From Raja brachyura (lineage: Eukaryota): a DNA stretch of 64,000 nucleotides. The stretch is taken from contig OY740827.1 in the NCBI GenBank assembly GCA_963514005.1, positions 3,286,001 through 3,350,000 on the forward strand, in the 5' to 3' direction. Shown piece after piece: positions 47,030-59,191 of the stretch. The translations under genes and the position numbers were made by a program. The notes under the pieces were generated by a model. The model did not search any database. It was given only the letters and a program-made list of their open reading frames with translations, and was not told where the DNA came from. The first letter of the stretch is position 1. Each line of letters opens with the position of its first letter.

Positions 47030-47262
47030 TGGAGGAGAGAGAGAAGGGGGAGAGAAGTAGAGAGAGAGAGCGGGGGGCGGGGGGAGAGAGAAGGAAGAGA
47101 AAGGGGAGAGAGAGAGAAGGGGGAGAGAGGAGGGGGAGAGATGGGAGAGGAGAGGGGGAGAGAGAAAAGGGGAGAGAGGGGAGGAGAGAGAGAAGAGGGG
47201 AGAGAGGAGGAGAGAGAAGGGAGAGAGAAGGGAGAGAGAGAAGGGGAGAGGGAAGAGGGAGA
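47030..47262. repeat. Polypurine (GA/GGA) tract
   Basis: About 230 bp almost entirely G/A. Confidence 0.9.
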
Positions 47263-50200
47263 CGGGAGCGTGGGATTCATTTTCCCACACAAGCCATAGG
47301 TGACTGGGCAAACTGAACCCAAGCACCAAGTTGAAAGCGGCCGAAGGTGTGCATTCCTCGGGACAGCCCCCACTCTCCCACGGCCACCCTCCGTGGGCTG
47401 TGGGTCGGGTGGAGCGGAGGTATGGGGCAATGTTCATGTCTTCACAGTGATGTGATGGACGCGGAGGTCTGGATCAATCACTGACAACTCCTGCCCCCCC
47501 GGCAACATCAAGTCCGTTATTGGACTTTTCTGTTGAGCGACAGTCAGTCCGTTGGCCTGTAGGCGCCGCCGCCTTGCGGGTAGGTGGCATTTCGACTGAG
47601 CAGCCATTCGTTAAGTTTGCTTTTAGGTGACGCAGCCTTTTGGTTTTTGCCGTTTAGGCGTCCCGCCCTTTCGGTTAGTTCGCATTTAGGCGTCCCATCC
47701 TTTCGGTTAGTAGGCGTTTTGTTTTCGAACTCTTTCGGTTCATTGCCGTTTTGGCCTGGTTTCTATTCAGTTCTTTGGCTTCGGCTTCTTTGCTTCAGCC
47801 TCTTGTCTGCCGGCGCTGCGTCCGGGTACCATTTTATACATCTTTATAAGATTACCCCTCATCTTCCTGCGCTCCAAGGAATACTCATGCTCTCCCTATA
47901 GCTCAGACAATAGAATCCTGGCAACATCCTCATAAATCTTCTCTGTTTGCTTTCCAGCTGAAAACATCTTTCCTATCACACGGAGCCCAGAACTGAACGC
48001 ACATATTCTAAATGCACCTCATCAACGTGTTATACAACTGCAACATGACCTCCCAACTTCTACACTGTGCGGACTGTGTGAGCAGGTGTGAACGGGTCAA
48101 AGCCTGGCAAGTGATAAGTGGATGCAGGTGAGGGGGTGATCGGCGGATGAGTAGACTAGGCGGGAGAGTCCAGGACCAGAGGCACAGCCTCACAATTGAA
48201 GGACGTTCTTTTGGGAAGACGATAAGGAGGAGTTTCTTTAGTCAGGGGTGGCAATCTGTGGAATTCTTTACCACAGAACGCTGTGGAGGCCAAGTCCATA
48301 GATATTTTTAAGGTACGAGATAGATAGATTCTTGATTAGTACGGGTGTCAGGGGTTATGGGGAGAAGGCAGGAAAATGGGGTTGAGAGGGAAAGATAGAC
48401 CAGCCATGAATGAATGGCGTTGATGGGTCGATGGCGCAATTCTGCTCCAAACATAGGGTCATAAGGAATAGTAGTAGAATGTTCTTTAATTCTGAAGGTA
48501 TGACCTCTAGTCCTAGACTCTCCCACTAGTAGAAACATCCTCTCCACATCCACTCTATCCAAGCCTTTCACTAATCTGTATGTTTCAATGAGGTCCCCCC
48601 CTCATTCTTCTAAACTCCAGCGAGTACAGGCCCAGTGTTAACAAATGCTTATCATAGGTTAACCGACTGATTCCTGGGAACATTCTTTTAAGCCTCCTCT
48701 GGACCATCTCCAGAGCCAGCACATCCTTGCTCAGATACGGTGCTCTAAATTACTCACCCTATTCCAAAAGCGGCCTCACCAGCGCCTTATAGAGCCTCAG
48801 CATTATATCCCTGTTTTTGTATACAAGCCCTATTGACATATATGCTAGCATTGAGTTTGCTCTCTATAGTACCTTTATCACTATAACTTATGAAGTGGCA
48901 GAAACTCGAGAGGCCCAGTGAACTCTTGATAAATGAGGAAGTAGACAGAAGTTGTGACAGGAAATTTAGTGCTAAAAATGAAAATGTTCTTTCACAGAAT
49001 GAAGGGAAATGTATCGCAGAGTTCTCCAAAGCTGAGGGTTCAAAACACTCCCTTTATTCATCGGGAAAACAAATGCAGGAGGAACTCAGCGGATCTGGGG
49101 GGGGGGGGTAAGACACAAAGGGCTGGAGTAACTCAGCAGGACGGGTAGCATCTCTGGAGAGGAGGAATGGGTGACGTTTCGGGTCGAGGCCCTTCTTCAG
49201 ACAGATGGTCAGGTGAGAGGGAAACAAGAGATATGGACGGTGATGTAGAGAGATATAAAACAAATGAATGAAAGACATGCAAAAAAAGTAACAATGGTAA
49301 AGGAAACAGGCCGTTGTTAGCGGTTTACTATGTGAGAACGAGAAGCTGGTGCGACTTGGGTGGGGAAGGGATGGAGAGAGGGGGAACAGAGGGGTTAGTT
49401 GAAGTTAGATAAATCAATATTCATATCAGACCGAGAGGGGGCAAGGGAGGCGGTGCCAAAGCATCGCCATTAGTCGGCAGGTCCGTCCGACAGAACTAAA
49501 ATCTGTCATGAAGTGGTCCGTTATCACGAGGGTTTACGGTTGAGAGGGTAAATTTAGTTGAAGATGGAACCGCAGATGCTGGCTGAAACCAAAGATAGAC
49601 ACAAAAAGCAGGAGTAATTCAAAGGGTCAGTTTAGTTTAGTTTAGAGGTACAGCGCGGAAACAGGCCCTTCAGCCCACCAAGTCGCAACGACCATCAATC
49701 ACCTGTTCACACTAGGTATGTGTTTAGTTTAGAGATGCATCGTAGAGACAGGCCCTTCGGCCCACCGTGTCTGCGCCGACCAGCAAATATTCTCTGCATT
49801 AGTGCGGCAGCGCGGTAGCGTAGCGATTGAACTACTGCCTTACTGCGCAGGTTCAATCTTGGTTATGGGTGTTGTCTGTACGGAGTTTGCACGTTCTCCC
49901 CGTGGCGGCGTGGGATTTCTCTGGGTGCTTGGGTTTCCCCCCAAACTGCAAAGACGTACAGGTTTGTGGGTTAATTGGCTTGGTATAAATGTCCAATTGT
50001 CCCCAGTGTCCTGGGGCAGTGTTCATGTGCCAGTATCGCAGGTCGCCGTGTACTCGAAGGGCCGAAGGGCAGGTCGCCGTGTACAGGGCTGAAGGGCCTG
50101 TTTCCGCGCTGTAACTCTAAGCTAAATTAAACTAACAAATAACACGACACAAATAAATTGCTCTCACATTTATATATGAACACCAAAAAAACCATGTTTA

Positions 50201-50664
50201 ATGTTATAAATTTAGTTTAGTTTAAGGATCAACATGGAAACCAGCCCTTCGGCCCACCGAGTCTGCGCCGACCATCGGTCCCAGCACTATCTATATTATT
50301 AAAAGTATGACCTTGACCAGTTTTGGCTCGCTGTGCTGTGATTTCCGAGAGAACGCCGCCACCTACAGCCGTAATTGTTGGCCAGTTCGCACAGATCCCC
50401 CCTCCACCTCTTGGACCAGAGGATTTTTCCCATCAATGAAAAATCAGAGAGATATTAATGTTTTTAACAAATTCCCCATTCTCTCTTCTGCCCCTGCTGA
50501 AGGGAGGGGGAGGGACTATAAAAGCAGGAAGTGGTGTGCCTCACTCAGTCTCTGCAAGATGGAGGATTCAGAGGGTCATGTCTCTCTGAGCTCTGAACAG
50601 CACTGGACACATGTCTACTCAAATGTGAGTGCCCTTAATGTGGTTTGAAATTGAAAATATGGTT

Positions 50665-51041
50665 GGTTTGAAGTAAAAAGGCACTGCCTGCAAATGTTTG
50701 TTTGGGTGCTTTGGCTTGAAGTTAAAAGGCACTGCCTGCAAATGTTTGTTTGGGTGCTTTGGCTCGAAGTGAAAAGGCACTGCCTGCAAATGTTTGTTTG
50801 GGTGCTTTGGCTTGAAGTGAAAAGGCACTACTGCAAATGGTGGCTTTGGCTTGAAGTGAAGAGGCACTACTACAAATGATGGCTTGCGTGCTTTGGCTTG
50901 AGGTGAAGAGGCACTACTGCAAATGGTGGTTTGGGTGCTTTGGCTTGAGGTGAAGAGGGGCACTACTGCAAATGGTGGCTTGGGTGCTTTGGCTTGAGGT
51001 GAAGAGGCACTACTGCAAATGGTGGCTTGGGTGCTTTGGCT
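50665..51041. repeat. 48-bp minisatellite A inside the Helitron
   Basis: About 8 copies of TTGGCTTGAAGTGAAAAGGCACT..TGCAAATG..TGGGTGCT. Confidence 0.9.
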
Positions 51042-51294
51042 AACTTCCTGTTTGCACTGTATATTGATTTTAGATAAAATGCTACCACTTACGGCTGTGG
51101 TTTTTGGCCATCTTACTTAGTTCCCCTCCGCTCAGCATGTGCAGAGGATTCTTCCCATCAATGAAAAATAAAAGTGTTATTAGTGTTTAAAAAATGTTGA
51201 TAATCTCTCTCCTGTCATGAACACCACACCTTTTCCGGTGGGAGGGGGAGGGGTTATAAAACCCGGAAGTTTGGGTGTGGCTCAGTCTCTGCAT

Positions 51295-51590
51295 GAAGTG
51301 GTATGAAACTGCACTTGAATTTGGTGGCCTTGGATCCAGCTTGAAGGGTTATGAAGCTGCACTTGAATTTGGTGGCCTTGGATCCAGCTTGAAGTGTTAT
51401 GAAGCTACACTTGAATTTGGTGGCCTTGCGCCCTGCTTGAAGTGGTAGGAAACTGCACTTGAATTTGGTGGCCTTGCACCCTGCTCAAAGTGGTAAGAGA
51501 CTGCACTTGAATTTGGTGGCCTTGCACCCTGCTTGAAATGGTAGGAAAATGAATTTGAATTTGGTGGCCTTGCACCCTGCTTGAAATGGA
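51295..51590. repeat. 48-bp minisatellite B inside the Helitron
   Basis: About 6 copies of GAAGTGGTA.GAAACTGCACTTGAATTTGGTGGCCTTGCACCCTGCTT. Confidence 0.9.
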
Positions 51591-54500
51591 ATTTCAAGGA
51601 ATAGCCATGAGTTAACTGCCAGCCCACCAGCCATGAGTGAGTTGCCAGCACATCAGGCTTGAGGGACTGAGCTGCCACCCCAAGAACCCATACCAGCGCT
51701 CCAGAAAGCCCCCCCACACACCACCAATATTGGAATTGGTGTAGAGGTGGAATATTGTGTCGTGTGAACATGGGACCCAAAGGGTCCACCTAGTCTAGTC
51801 CTTTATATTTATATTGAGCCAGTTGTACCAATTTACATTTATACCTAGCCAATTGACCTACAAAACTGCTGTGGGAGGAAACCGAAGATCTCGGGAAAAA
51901 TACACGCAGGTCACGGAGGGAATGTACAAACTCCCTACAGACAAGCACCCGTAGTCAGGATCGAACCCGGGTTTCTGCCGCTGTTCCACCTTGCCTGCTG
52001 ACCCAATGCACTGAATGGTTTAACCCAAAGTACGGGATTCAAGAACCAGAGGACTTGGGTTTAACGTGAGCAGATAAAGATTAAATAGAAACTTGAGGAG
52101 CAACTTTTTCACTCACTAGGTGGAGGGTATGTGGAACGAGCTGCCATTATATGCATTAATTGGCTTGGTAAAGAAGTAAAAATTGTTCCTAGTATAGAAT
52201 CGTGTTAGTGTGTGGGGATCGCTGGTTGGTGCGGTCTCAGTGGGCTGGATGGTCTGTTTCCACGCTGTATCTCTAAACTAAACTAAACCATTAACAGTGT
52301 AGGAAGGAATTGCAGATGCTGGTTTAAACCGAAGATAAACACAAAATAACTCATTGAGACAGGCATCATGTCAAGGAATGGGTGACGATTCAGGTCGAGA
52401 CACTTCTCCAGACTGAATCAGGAAACGAGAGATATAGATGGTGATGTAGAGAGATATAGAACAAATTAATGAAAGATATTCAAAAAATATTTTGATGATA
52501 AAAACGATGATTAAGGAAACAATGCTGGCTACGTGCTGGCTGGGAACGAGAAGCTGGTGCGACTTGGGTGGGGGAGAGATGGAGAGAGAAAGAATGAAGG
52601 GGTTACTTGAAGTTAGAGAAATCAATATTTATACCAGACTGAGAAGGAATGGGTGACGTTTCGGATCGAGACCCTTCTTCATTGACAGCATTAATATGCA
52701 GCGGGATCCAGGAGTCCAGGTTCACAGCTCAATGAAGGAGGCAGCATGAGTAGATAGGGTGCGTGGCATTGAGAGAGAGCCGGTTTCGGCAGTAACCACT
52801 CTGACATTCACAGTAACACGGTGAACTCGGGTGCTTTATTCTATTTACAGCGGCAAAAATGTCCAGGACTACATGGGGGCGCTGTCCCTCACCGTCAGAG
52901 CGCATGTGTGAAGATGCTGGCGATCTGTGGCTGAGTGGGTTTGCTGATGACACCAAGATTGAAGGAGTTGCAGACAGTGAGGAAGCTGTCGGAAAATACT
53001 GCGGGCTGAAGATTAGATGCAGAAAGGGGTGGAGAAATGGCAGACGGAGTTTAATCCGAGCAAGAGTGCGTTGTTGCGATTTGGGAGGATGAAGGCACAA
53101 GGAGAGAGTGTAGAGTTAATGGCAAGTCCATTAACAGCATTGATTTTTTTTAGTGTGGAAACAGGCCCTTCAGCCCACCTAACCCTGACCGACCATCAAT
53201 CACCCGTTCACACAGTTCTAGGTTCAGTTTAGATACAGCGTAGAAAAAGCTGACAAGCGATCCCCGATTGCCCGCACTATCCCACACACGCTGGGGACAA
53301 TTTACATTTATACCAAGTCAATTAACCAACAAACCCGTACGTTTTTGGATTGTGGGAGGAAAGTGAAGATCTTGGGGAAAGCACATGCAGGTCACTGGGT
53401 GAACGTACAAACTCCGTACAGACAAACACCCGTAGTCGGGATCGAATCTGGGTGTCTGGCGCTGTAAGGCGGTAGCTCTACTGCTCCACCAACGACTACG
53501 GTTGCTGTCTGGGGCCTGGATCCGTGCTATATATCTAAACCAAATATAGAACGAGTGTGTGAACGGGTGATTGCTGGTCGGCACAGAATGGGTGAGATTA
53601 AAGGGCCTGTTTCCACGCTGAATCTCTGAACTAAACTAAAACTAAACTAGCCGGGACGCATCCCACTGTCTTTTTTTCTGTCTTCATTCTTGTCTTCTCC
53701 CAGTCTGTCCATCGGGCGAGAATGCCTGGGTTTCCGACAGGGGCACTGATGAGAGAATACTGTGCTGTGGGTGGGGTGGTGAGGCAGGAGCACTGCGCTG
53801 TGGGAGGGATAGTGAGTAGGGAGCACTGCCGGAGGAGCAGTGAGGAGGGAGTGCTGTGTTGTGGAAGTGATGATGATGAAAGAAGCACTGTTCTGTGAGA
53901 ACAACTGTTCACCCCTTACTCACCGACACCACCTGTCCGTCAGTCTACCTCACTTCCCCTCAAATCCTCCTCCCTCACAACACAGATCGTCCTCCCGTCG
54001 GTTCCTCACAAGTCCCTCCTCCCAGGGTCTCAACCCGAATTGGTGCCTATCCATGTCCTTCATAGATGCTGCCTGACCCGCTGAGTTACTCGAGCATTTA
54101 AAAAAAAATTGTAATCCATCACGGTGGCGCAGGGGTAGAGTTGCTGCCTTACAGTCAATGCAGCGCCGGAGACCCGTGTTCCATCCCGACTACGGGTGCT
54201 CTCTGTACAGAGTTTGTACGTTCTTCCCATGACCTGCGTGGATTTTCTCAGAGATCTTCGGTTTGCTCCCACACTCCAAAGACGTACAGGTTTGCGGGTT
54301 AATTGGCTTGGTAAATGTAAAAATTGTCCCTAGTGGGTGCAGGATAATGTTAATGTGCAGGGATCGCTGGTCGGTCCGGACCCAGTGGGCCGAATGGTCT
54401 GTATCTCGAAATAAAAACAAAACATCTGCAGTTCCTTGAGTCTTGCCTCCATTTCCTGACGATGCCCTCGCCCTCCCTCCTACCCACACTCACTAGGGTC

Positions 54501-54833
54501 CCACACACACATGCACTCGTTGCCCACCTCGGGAACCTCACGGTGGCCAGAGGAGCAGGAACCACGTTGCAAATGCATCGGATATAGACTGGGGAAACAA
54601 CTCGCATGAGCCGTGTATTGATGCAGCGCTGCTGAGGGTGAAGCCGGCCGGCCTCAGTCACATTCTCAAAATATACCAGAGGAGTGTAATGGAAGGTGGA
54701 AGGATCTAACCAAGGACGTGCTCTCAGAAAGCACATATCTATTTAGATTTCATGTGGGGAAAAAACTCATGTCAGCATGCATCATTAGAAAAGGGCAAAA
54801 AGGAAAAATAGGCAAGTAATATTTTCTACAAAC

Positions 54834-54951
54834 CAAGTATGGCTTCATAATTCCGCTTCATGTTCGTATAAAGGAGCTTCTCACAGTCACTTATTTCTTC
54901 AAACTCTTCCCTGGAAAAATAGCCAGCAATGTCTTTGAAATGGTCAGAATC
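54834..54951 (-). CDS. PRDM9/SSX-type ancestral KRAB-A exon (open; rest of gene not found)
   Basis: tgtttttccag|DSDHFKDIAGYFSREEFEEISDCEKLLYTNMKRNYEAIL-G|gtttgt; fits the FKDI..YF..EEW....WEK..Y.N.KRNY pattern and phase 0/1. Confidence 0.7.
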
Positions 54952-56685
54952 CTGGAAAAACAAACATTGAACCTGATACATGCTGGTGCATAATCTGTAA
55001 TCATCAGATATTAATTCCAAAACAGATTTTAAAATATCATTTATTTATTTAATATCGGCAATTCCAGGATATTGAATCACAACTTAAAATTAACAGGTAG
55101 ACAAAAGTGCTGGAGAAACTCAGCGGGTGCGGCATTATCTATGGAGCGAAGAAGTAGGTGATGTTTTGGCCCAAAACGTTGCATATCTCCTTCGCTCCAT
55201 AGATGCTGCCACAACCGCTGAGTTTATCCAGCACTTTTGTCTACCTTCGATTTTCCAGCATCTGCAGTTCCTTCTTAAACTTAAAATTAACAGGTAACTT
55301 CTTCAGCATAAACACTTCTTCAGTATTTCTTCACTCAGAATATAGTGATTTTTTTTCTAGGGTTGAAATAAATCTGTTGTTAATTGCATTGCAGCAAGAT
55401 CAAAATATTATTGATTCAAATAATTAATAAACCATATCACAGCATAAGAGGAAACTGCATTTAAAGTGCAGGTTAGGAGTGAGCTGCCTGAAAGGTCCAG
55501 ACCCATAATGTTGCCTGTCAAGATTCAAGATTGCAGCTTCCAGCCAACAGACATCAGTGTCTACATTTCTGGCAATGAAGACAGTGACTATCATGGGCTT
55601 CCCCCACACTGAAGTCAGGAGCAGCACTCAGTGGCTGCGACAAAACCACTACTTAAAAAAAGAATAAATTGTCCGTGGTAATCAGCAAGCCAGGCAGCAG
55701 CTGTGGAGGTAGAAACTGAGTGAATGTTTCAGGTTAATATTCTTTCCTCACAGCTGGGGAAGTTGCCAGATGGAGACAGACAACTAGAAGGATGAGGGAG
55801 ATGGTCTAAATGGCCTCCCAGATCAATATTAATGTCCGTGATCCACTCCAGTGCCCAGGGAACTCATCCACTGCTCACTGACACCAATTCCTGGGGTTGT
55901 GATGGTCTGAGAAGGAGCAGCAGCATCTTCCCTGTTCCCAGGCCCCTGAGAGGACATTTATCCGGCATCTTCTGCCCGTTCTCCATGTCAAAGCTCCCTG
56001 GAGTCCCACCTCTGGGCCCTGCGTCCCAGACATGGTCTTGTCTCCTTCAGCAGCTCCTCGGTCTCCCTTCCTGAGCTCAGACACCCACTTCTCCTCACCT
56101 CACCTACGCTCACTTCTCCTCACCTACACCTTGACTAAACCGCTCACCTCAATTAAACCCCTCACCTCAACCAAACCCCTCGCCTCACTACTAAAGGTAG
56201 ATAAAAATGCTGGAGAAGCTCAGCGGGTGAGGCAGCATCAATGGAGCGAAGGAATAGGTGACATCTTCAGTCTGAAGAAGGTTCTCAACCCAAAACGTCA
56301 CCTATTCCTTCGCTCCATAGATGCTGCCTCACCCGCTGAGATTCCCCAGCATTTTTGTCTACCTTCGATTTTTCCAACATCTGCAGTTCTTTCTTAAACT
56401 TCACGACTAAACCTCGCCTCGACTAAACTTCACCTCACACCTAACCCTCAACTCACTAAACTGTGCCTCGACCAAACTTCACCTCAGCTAAACCTCAACT
56501 ACATTTCACACCTCACTAAACATTACTTCGCTTCAACTAAACCTCACATCTACTAAACCCCACACCTCACTACTAAACTAATCCTCACAGCTGAACCTCA
56601 CTTCGATTAAACCCCTCGCCGCAACTAAACTCCACCTGAACTGACCCTAACCGTCACCTCAATAAACTCCACCTCGCGACTAAAC

Positions 56686-57010
56686 TATTTATAGCCCCTC
56701 CCCCCCCCCGGCCGTTGGCGGCGCCTCACGTGAGCGGAGCGGCCCCACCCAGAGCGCGGGTCACGTGGACAACTCCAGCCCTCGGCGGGAAAAGGCGCTT
56801 CTCACCCCCTCCCCGGCGCCTGCGCCGCTCTCCACGTTCGCCCCCCCCCCCCCCCCCCCCCGGGCGAGGATGGCGGGAGACTCGCGACCAAAGATTCTAC
56901 AGCAGCTCCTCCAGTATCTTTGCTCGCGACGGCTTTTGGCGCCTTTTCCCGCCGAGGGCTCGAGTTGCCCACGTGACCCGCTGGGGGGGGGGGCGGGGAG
57001 AAGCGGCGAT
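56686..57010. promoter_or_regulatory. CpG-island-like, partly palindromic candidate bidirectional promoter
   Basis: Very GC/CpG rich; three CACGTG E-boxes (~56728, ~56762, ~56969); GGGGCGGGG box; TATAAATA on the minus strand at 56686-56693. Confidence 0.6.
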
Positions 57011-58489
57011 TAGTTGAGGTTTAGTTGTGAGGAGTAGTTTATTAGTGAGGTGTGAGGAGTAGATGAAGCCAGGCGTTTAATCGAAGCAATGTTTAGTGAG
57101 GTGTGAAATGTAGTTGAGGTTTAGCTGAGGTAAAGTTTGGTCGAGGTGATTGAGGGGTTTAGTTGAGGAGGTAAAGTTTAGTCGAGGTGAGGATTTAGTC
57201 GAGGTGTGAGGTGAAGTTTAGTCGAGGCACAGTTTAGTGAGTTGAGGGTTAGGTGTGAGGTGAAGTTTAGTCGAGGCGAGGTTTAGTAGAAATGCAGATG
57301 TGACGTTTGAGACCTGCAGAAGCTGGGAAAATCGAACGTAGACAAAAATGTTGGGGGAACTCGGCGCGTGAGGCAGCATCTATGGACCGAAGGAATAGGT
57401 GACATTTCGGGTCGAGACCCTTCATCAAACTGAAGACGTCACTTATTCCTTCGCTCCATTGATGCTGCCTCACCCGCTGAGTTTATCCAGCATTTTTGTC
57501 TACCTTTAATAGTGAGGTGTGAGGTTTGGTTGAGGCGAGGGGTTTAATTAAGGCGATCGGTTTAGTTGAGGTGTAGGTGAGGAGAAGTGAGCGTAGGTGA
57601 GGTGAGGATAAGTGGGTGTCTGAGCTCAGGAAGTGAGACCGAGGAGCTGCTGAAGGAGACGAGACCATGTCTGGGACGCAGGGCTCAGAGGTGAGACTCC
57701 AGGGAGCTTTGACATGGAGAACGGGCAGAAGATGCCGGATAAATGTCCTCTCAGGGGCCTGGGAACGGGGAAGATGCTGCTGCTCTTTCACAGACCATCA
57801 CAACCCCAGGAATTGGTGTCAGTGAGGAGTGGATGAGTTCCCTGGGCTCTGGAGTGGATCACGGACATTAATATTGATCTGGGAGGCCATTCAGACCATC
57901 TCCCTCATCCTTCCAGTTGTCTGTCTCCATCTGACAACTTCCCCAGCTGTGAGGAAAGAATATTAACCTGAAACATTCACTCAGTTTCTACCTCCACAGA
58001 TACTGCATGGCTTGCTGATTACCACTCACAATTTATTATTTATTACAATAGTGGTTTTGCAGCAGCCACTGGGTGCTGGTCCTCACTTCAGTGTGGGGGA
58101 AGCCCATGATAGTCACTGTCTTCATTGCCAGAAATGTAGGTGCTGATGTCTGTTGGCTGGAAGCTGCAATCTTGAATCTTGACAGGCAACATTTTGGGTC
58201 TGGACCTTTCAGGCAGATCACTCCTGACCTGCACCCTAAATGCAGTTACCTCTCACGGTTTATTACTTCTTTGATATGGTTTATTACTTCTTTGAATCAA
58301 TAATATTTTGATCTTGCTGGAATGCAATTAGAAAAAAAAGTTACTATATTCTGAGTGAAGAAATACCTAATTTCTATCCTGAAGAAGTTACCTGTTAATT
58401 TAACTTGTGATTCAATATCCTGGAATTGTCCTATATTAAATGAATAAATGATATTTTAAAATCAGTTTTGGAATGAATATCTGATGATT

Positions 58490-59015
58490 TGGTAGCCTAA
58501 TTATAGGAAGGATGTCAACAAAATAGAGAGAGTACAGAGGAGATTTACTAGAATGTTGCCTGGGTTCCAGCAACTAAGTTACAGAGAAAGGTTGAACAAG
58601 TTAGGTCTTTATTCTTTGGAGCGCAGAAGGTTATGGGGGGACTTGATTGAGGTCTTGAAAATGATGAAAGGGATAGACAGAGTTGACGTGGATAAGCTTT
58701 TCCCATTGTGGGTAGGGAAGATTCAAACAAGCGGGCATGACATGAGAATTAAGGGACAGAAGTTTAGGGGGAACATGAGGGGGAACTTCTTTACTCAGAG
58801 AGTGGTGGCTGTGTGGAATGATCTTCCAGCAGATGTGGTGGAGGCAGGATCGATTTTAACATTTAAAAGTAAAGTGGATAGGTATATGGACGGGAAGGGC
58901 ATGGAGGGGTATGGTCTGAGTGCAGGTAGATGGGACTAGGGGAAAATAAATGGTCGGCACGGACTGCAAGGGCCGAGAAGGCCTGTTTCCATGCTGTAAT
59001 TGTTAAATGGTTATA
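58490..59015 (+). mobile_element. CR1 3' fragment inserted in the right arm only
   Basis: LSYRERLNKLGLYSLERRRL, RGNFFTQRVV motifs; absent from the left arm. Confidence 0.85.
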
Positions 59016-59067
59016 TGATTACAGATTATGCACCAAAGTATATCAGGTACAATGTTTGTTTTTCCAG

Positions 59068-59191
59068 GGTGCTGACCATTTCAAAGACATAACTGACTAT
59101 TTTTCCAAGGAAGAGTGTGAAGAAATAAGTGACTAACAGAAGCTCTGTTATAAGAACATGGAATGGAATTATGAAGCCATACTTGCCATTG
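59068..59191 (+). pseudogene. Paralogous ancestral KRAB exon with in-frame stop
   Basis: GADHFKDITDYFSKEECEEISD*QKLCYKNMEWNYEAILAIG; TAA at 59134-59136; intact AG/GT. Confidence 0.78.

Larger units (their letters stand above)
45032..47830. mobile_element. Non-autonomous Mutator/foldback-like element
   Basis: ~290-bp imperfect TIRs (45032-45320, 47541-47830) built of short subrepeats; 9-bp TSD ATTTTATAC within a CR1 fragment. Confidence 0.8.
50290..51798 (+). mobile_element. Non-autonomous Helitron with internal minisatellites
   Basis: A|TCTATATTATTAAAA start; GGACCC-AAA-GGGTCC hairpin 11 nt before the CTAG|T end; splits the SINE sequence GCACTA|TCC with no TSD. Confidence 0.9.

Noticed and set aside
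46813-47437. R/E/G-rich and S/P/L-rich ORFs
   Set aside because: Translations of the polypurine microsatellite.
56400-57290. Interstitial telomere-like repeats flanking the palindrome centre
   Set aside because: Degenerate CTAAAC/CCTCAC words with only isolated CCCTAA; not a (TTAGGG)n array.
55424-58303. Conserved ORF pair MLxLTSVWGKPMIVTVF... as a gene
   Set aside because: Similarity is explained by the inverted duplication; no recognisable domain or convincing splice structure.
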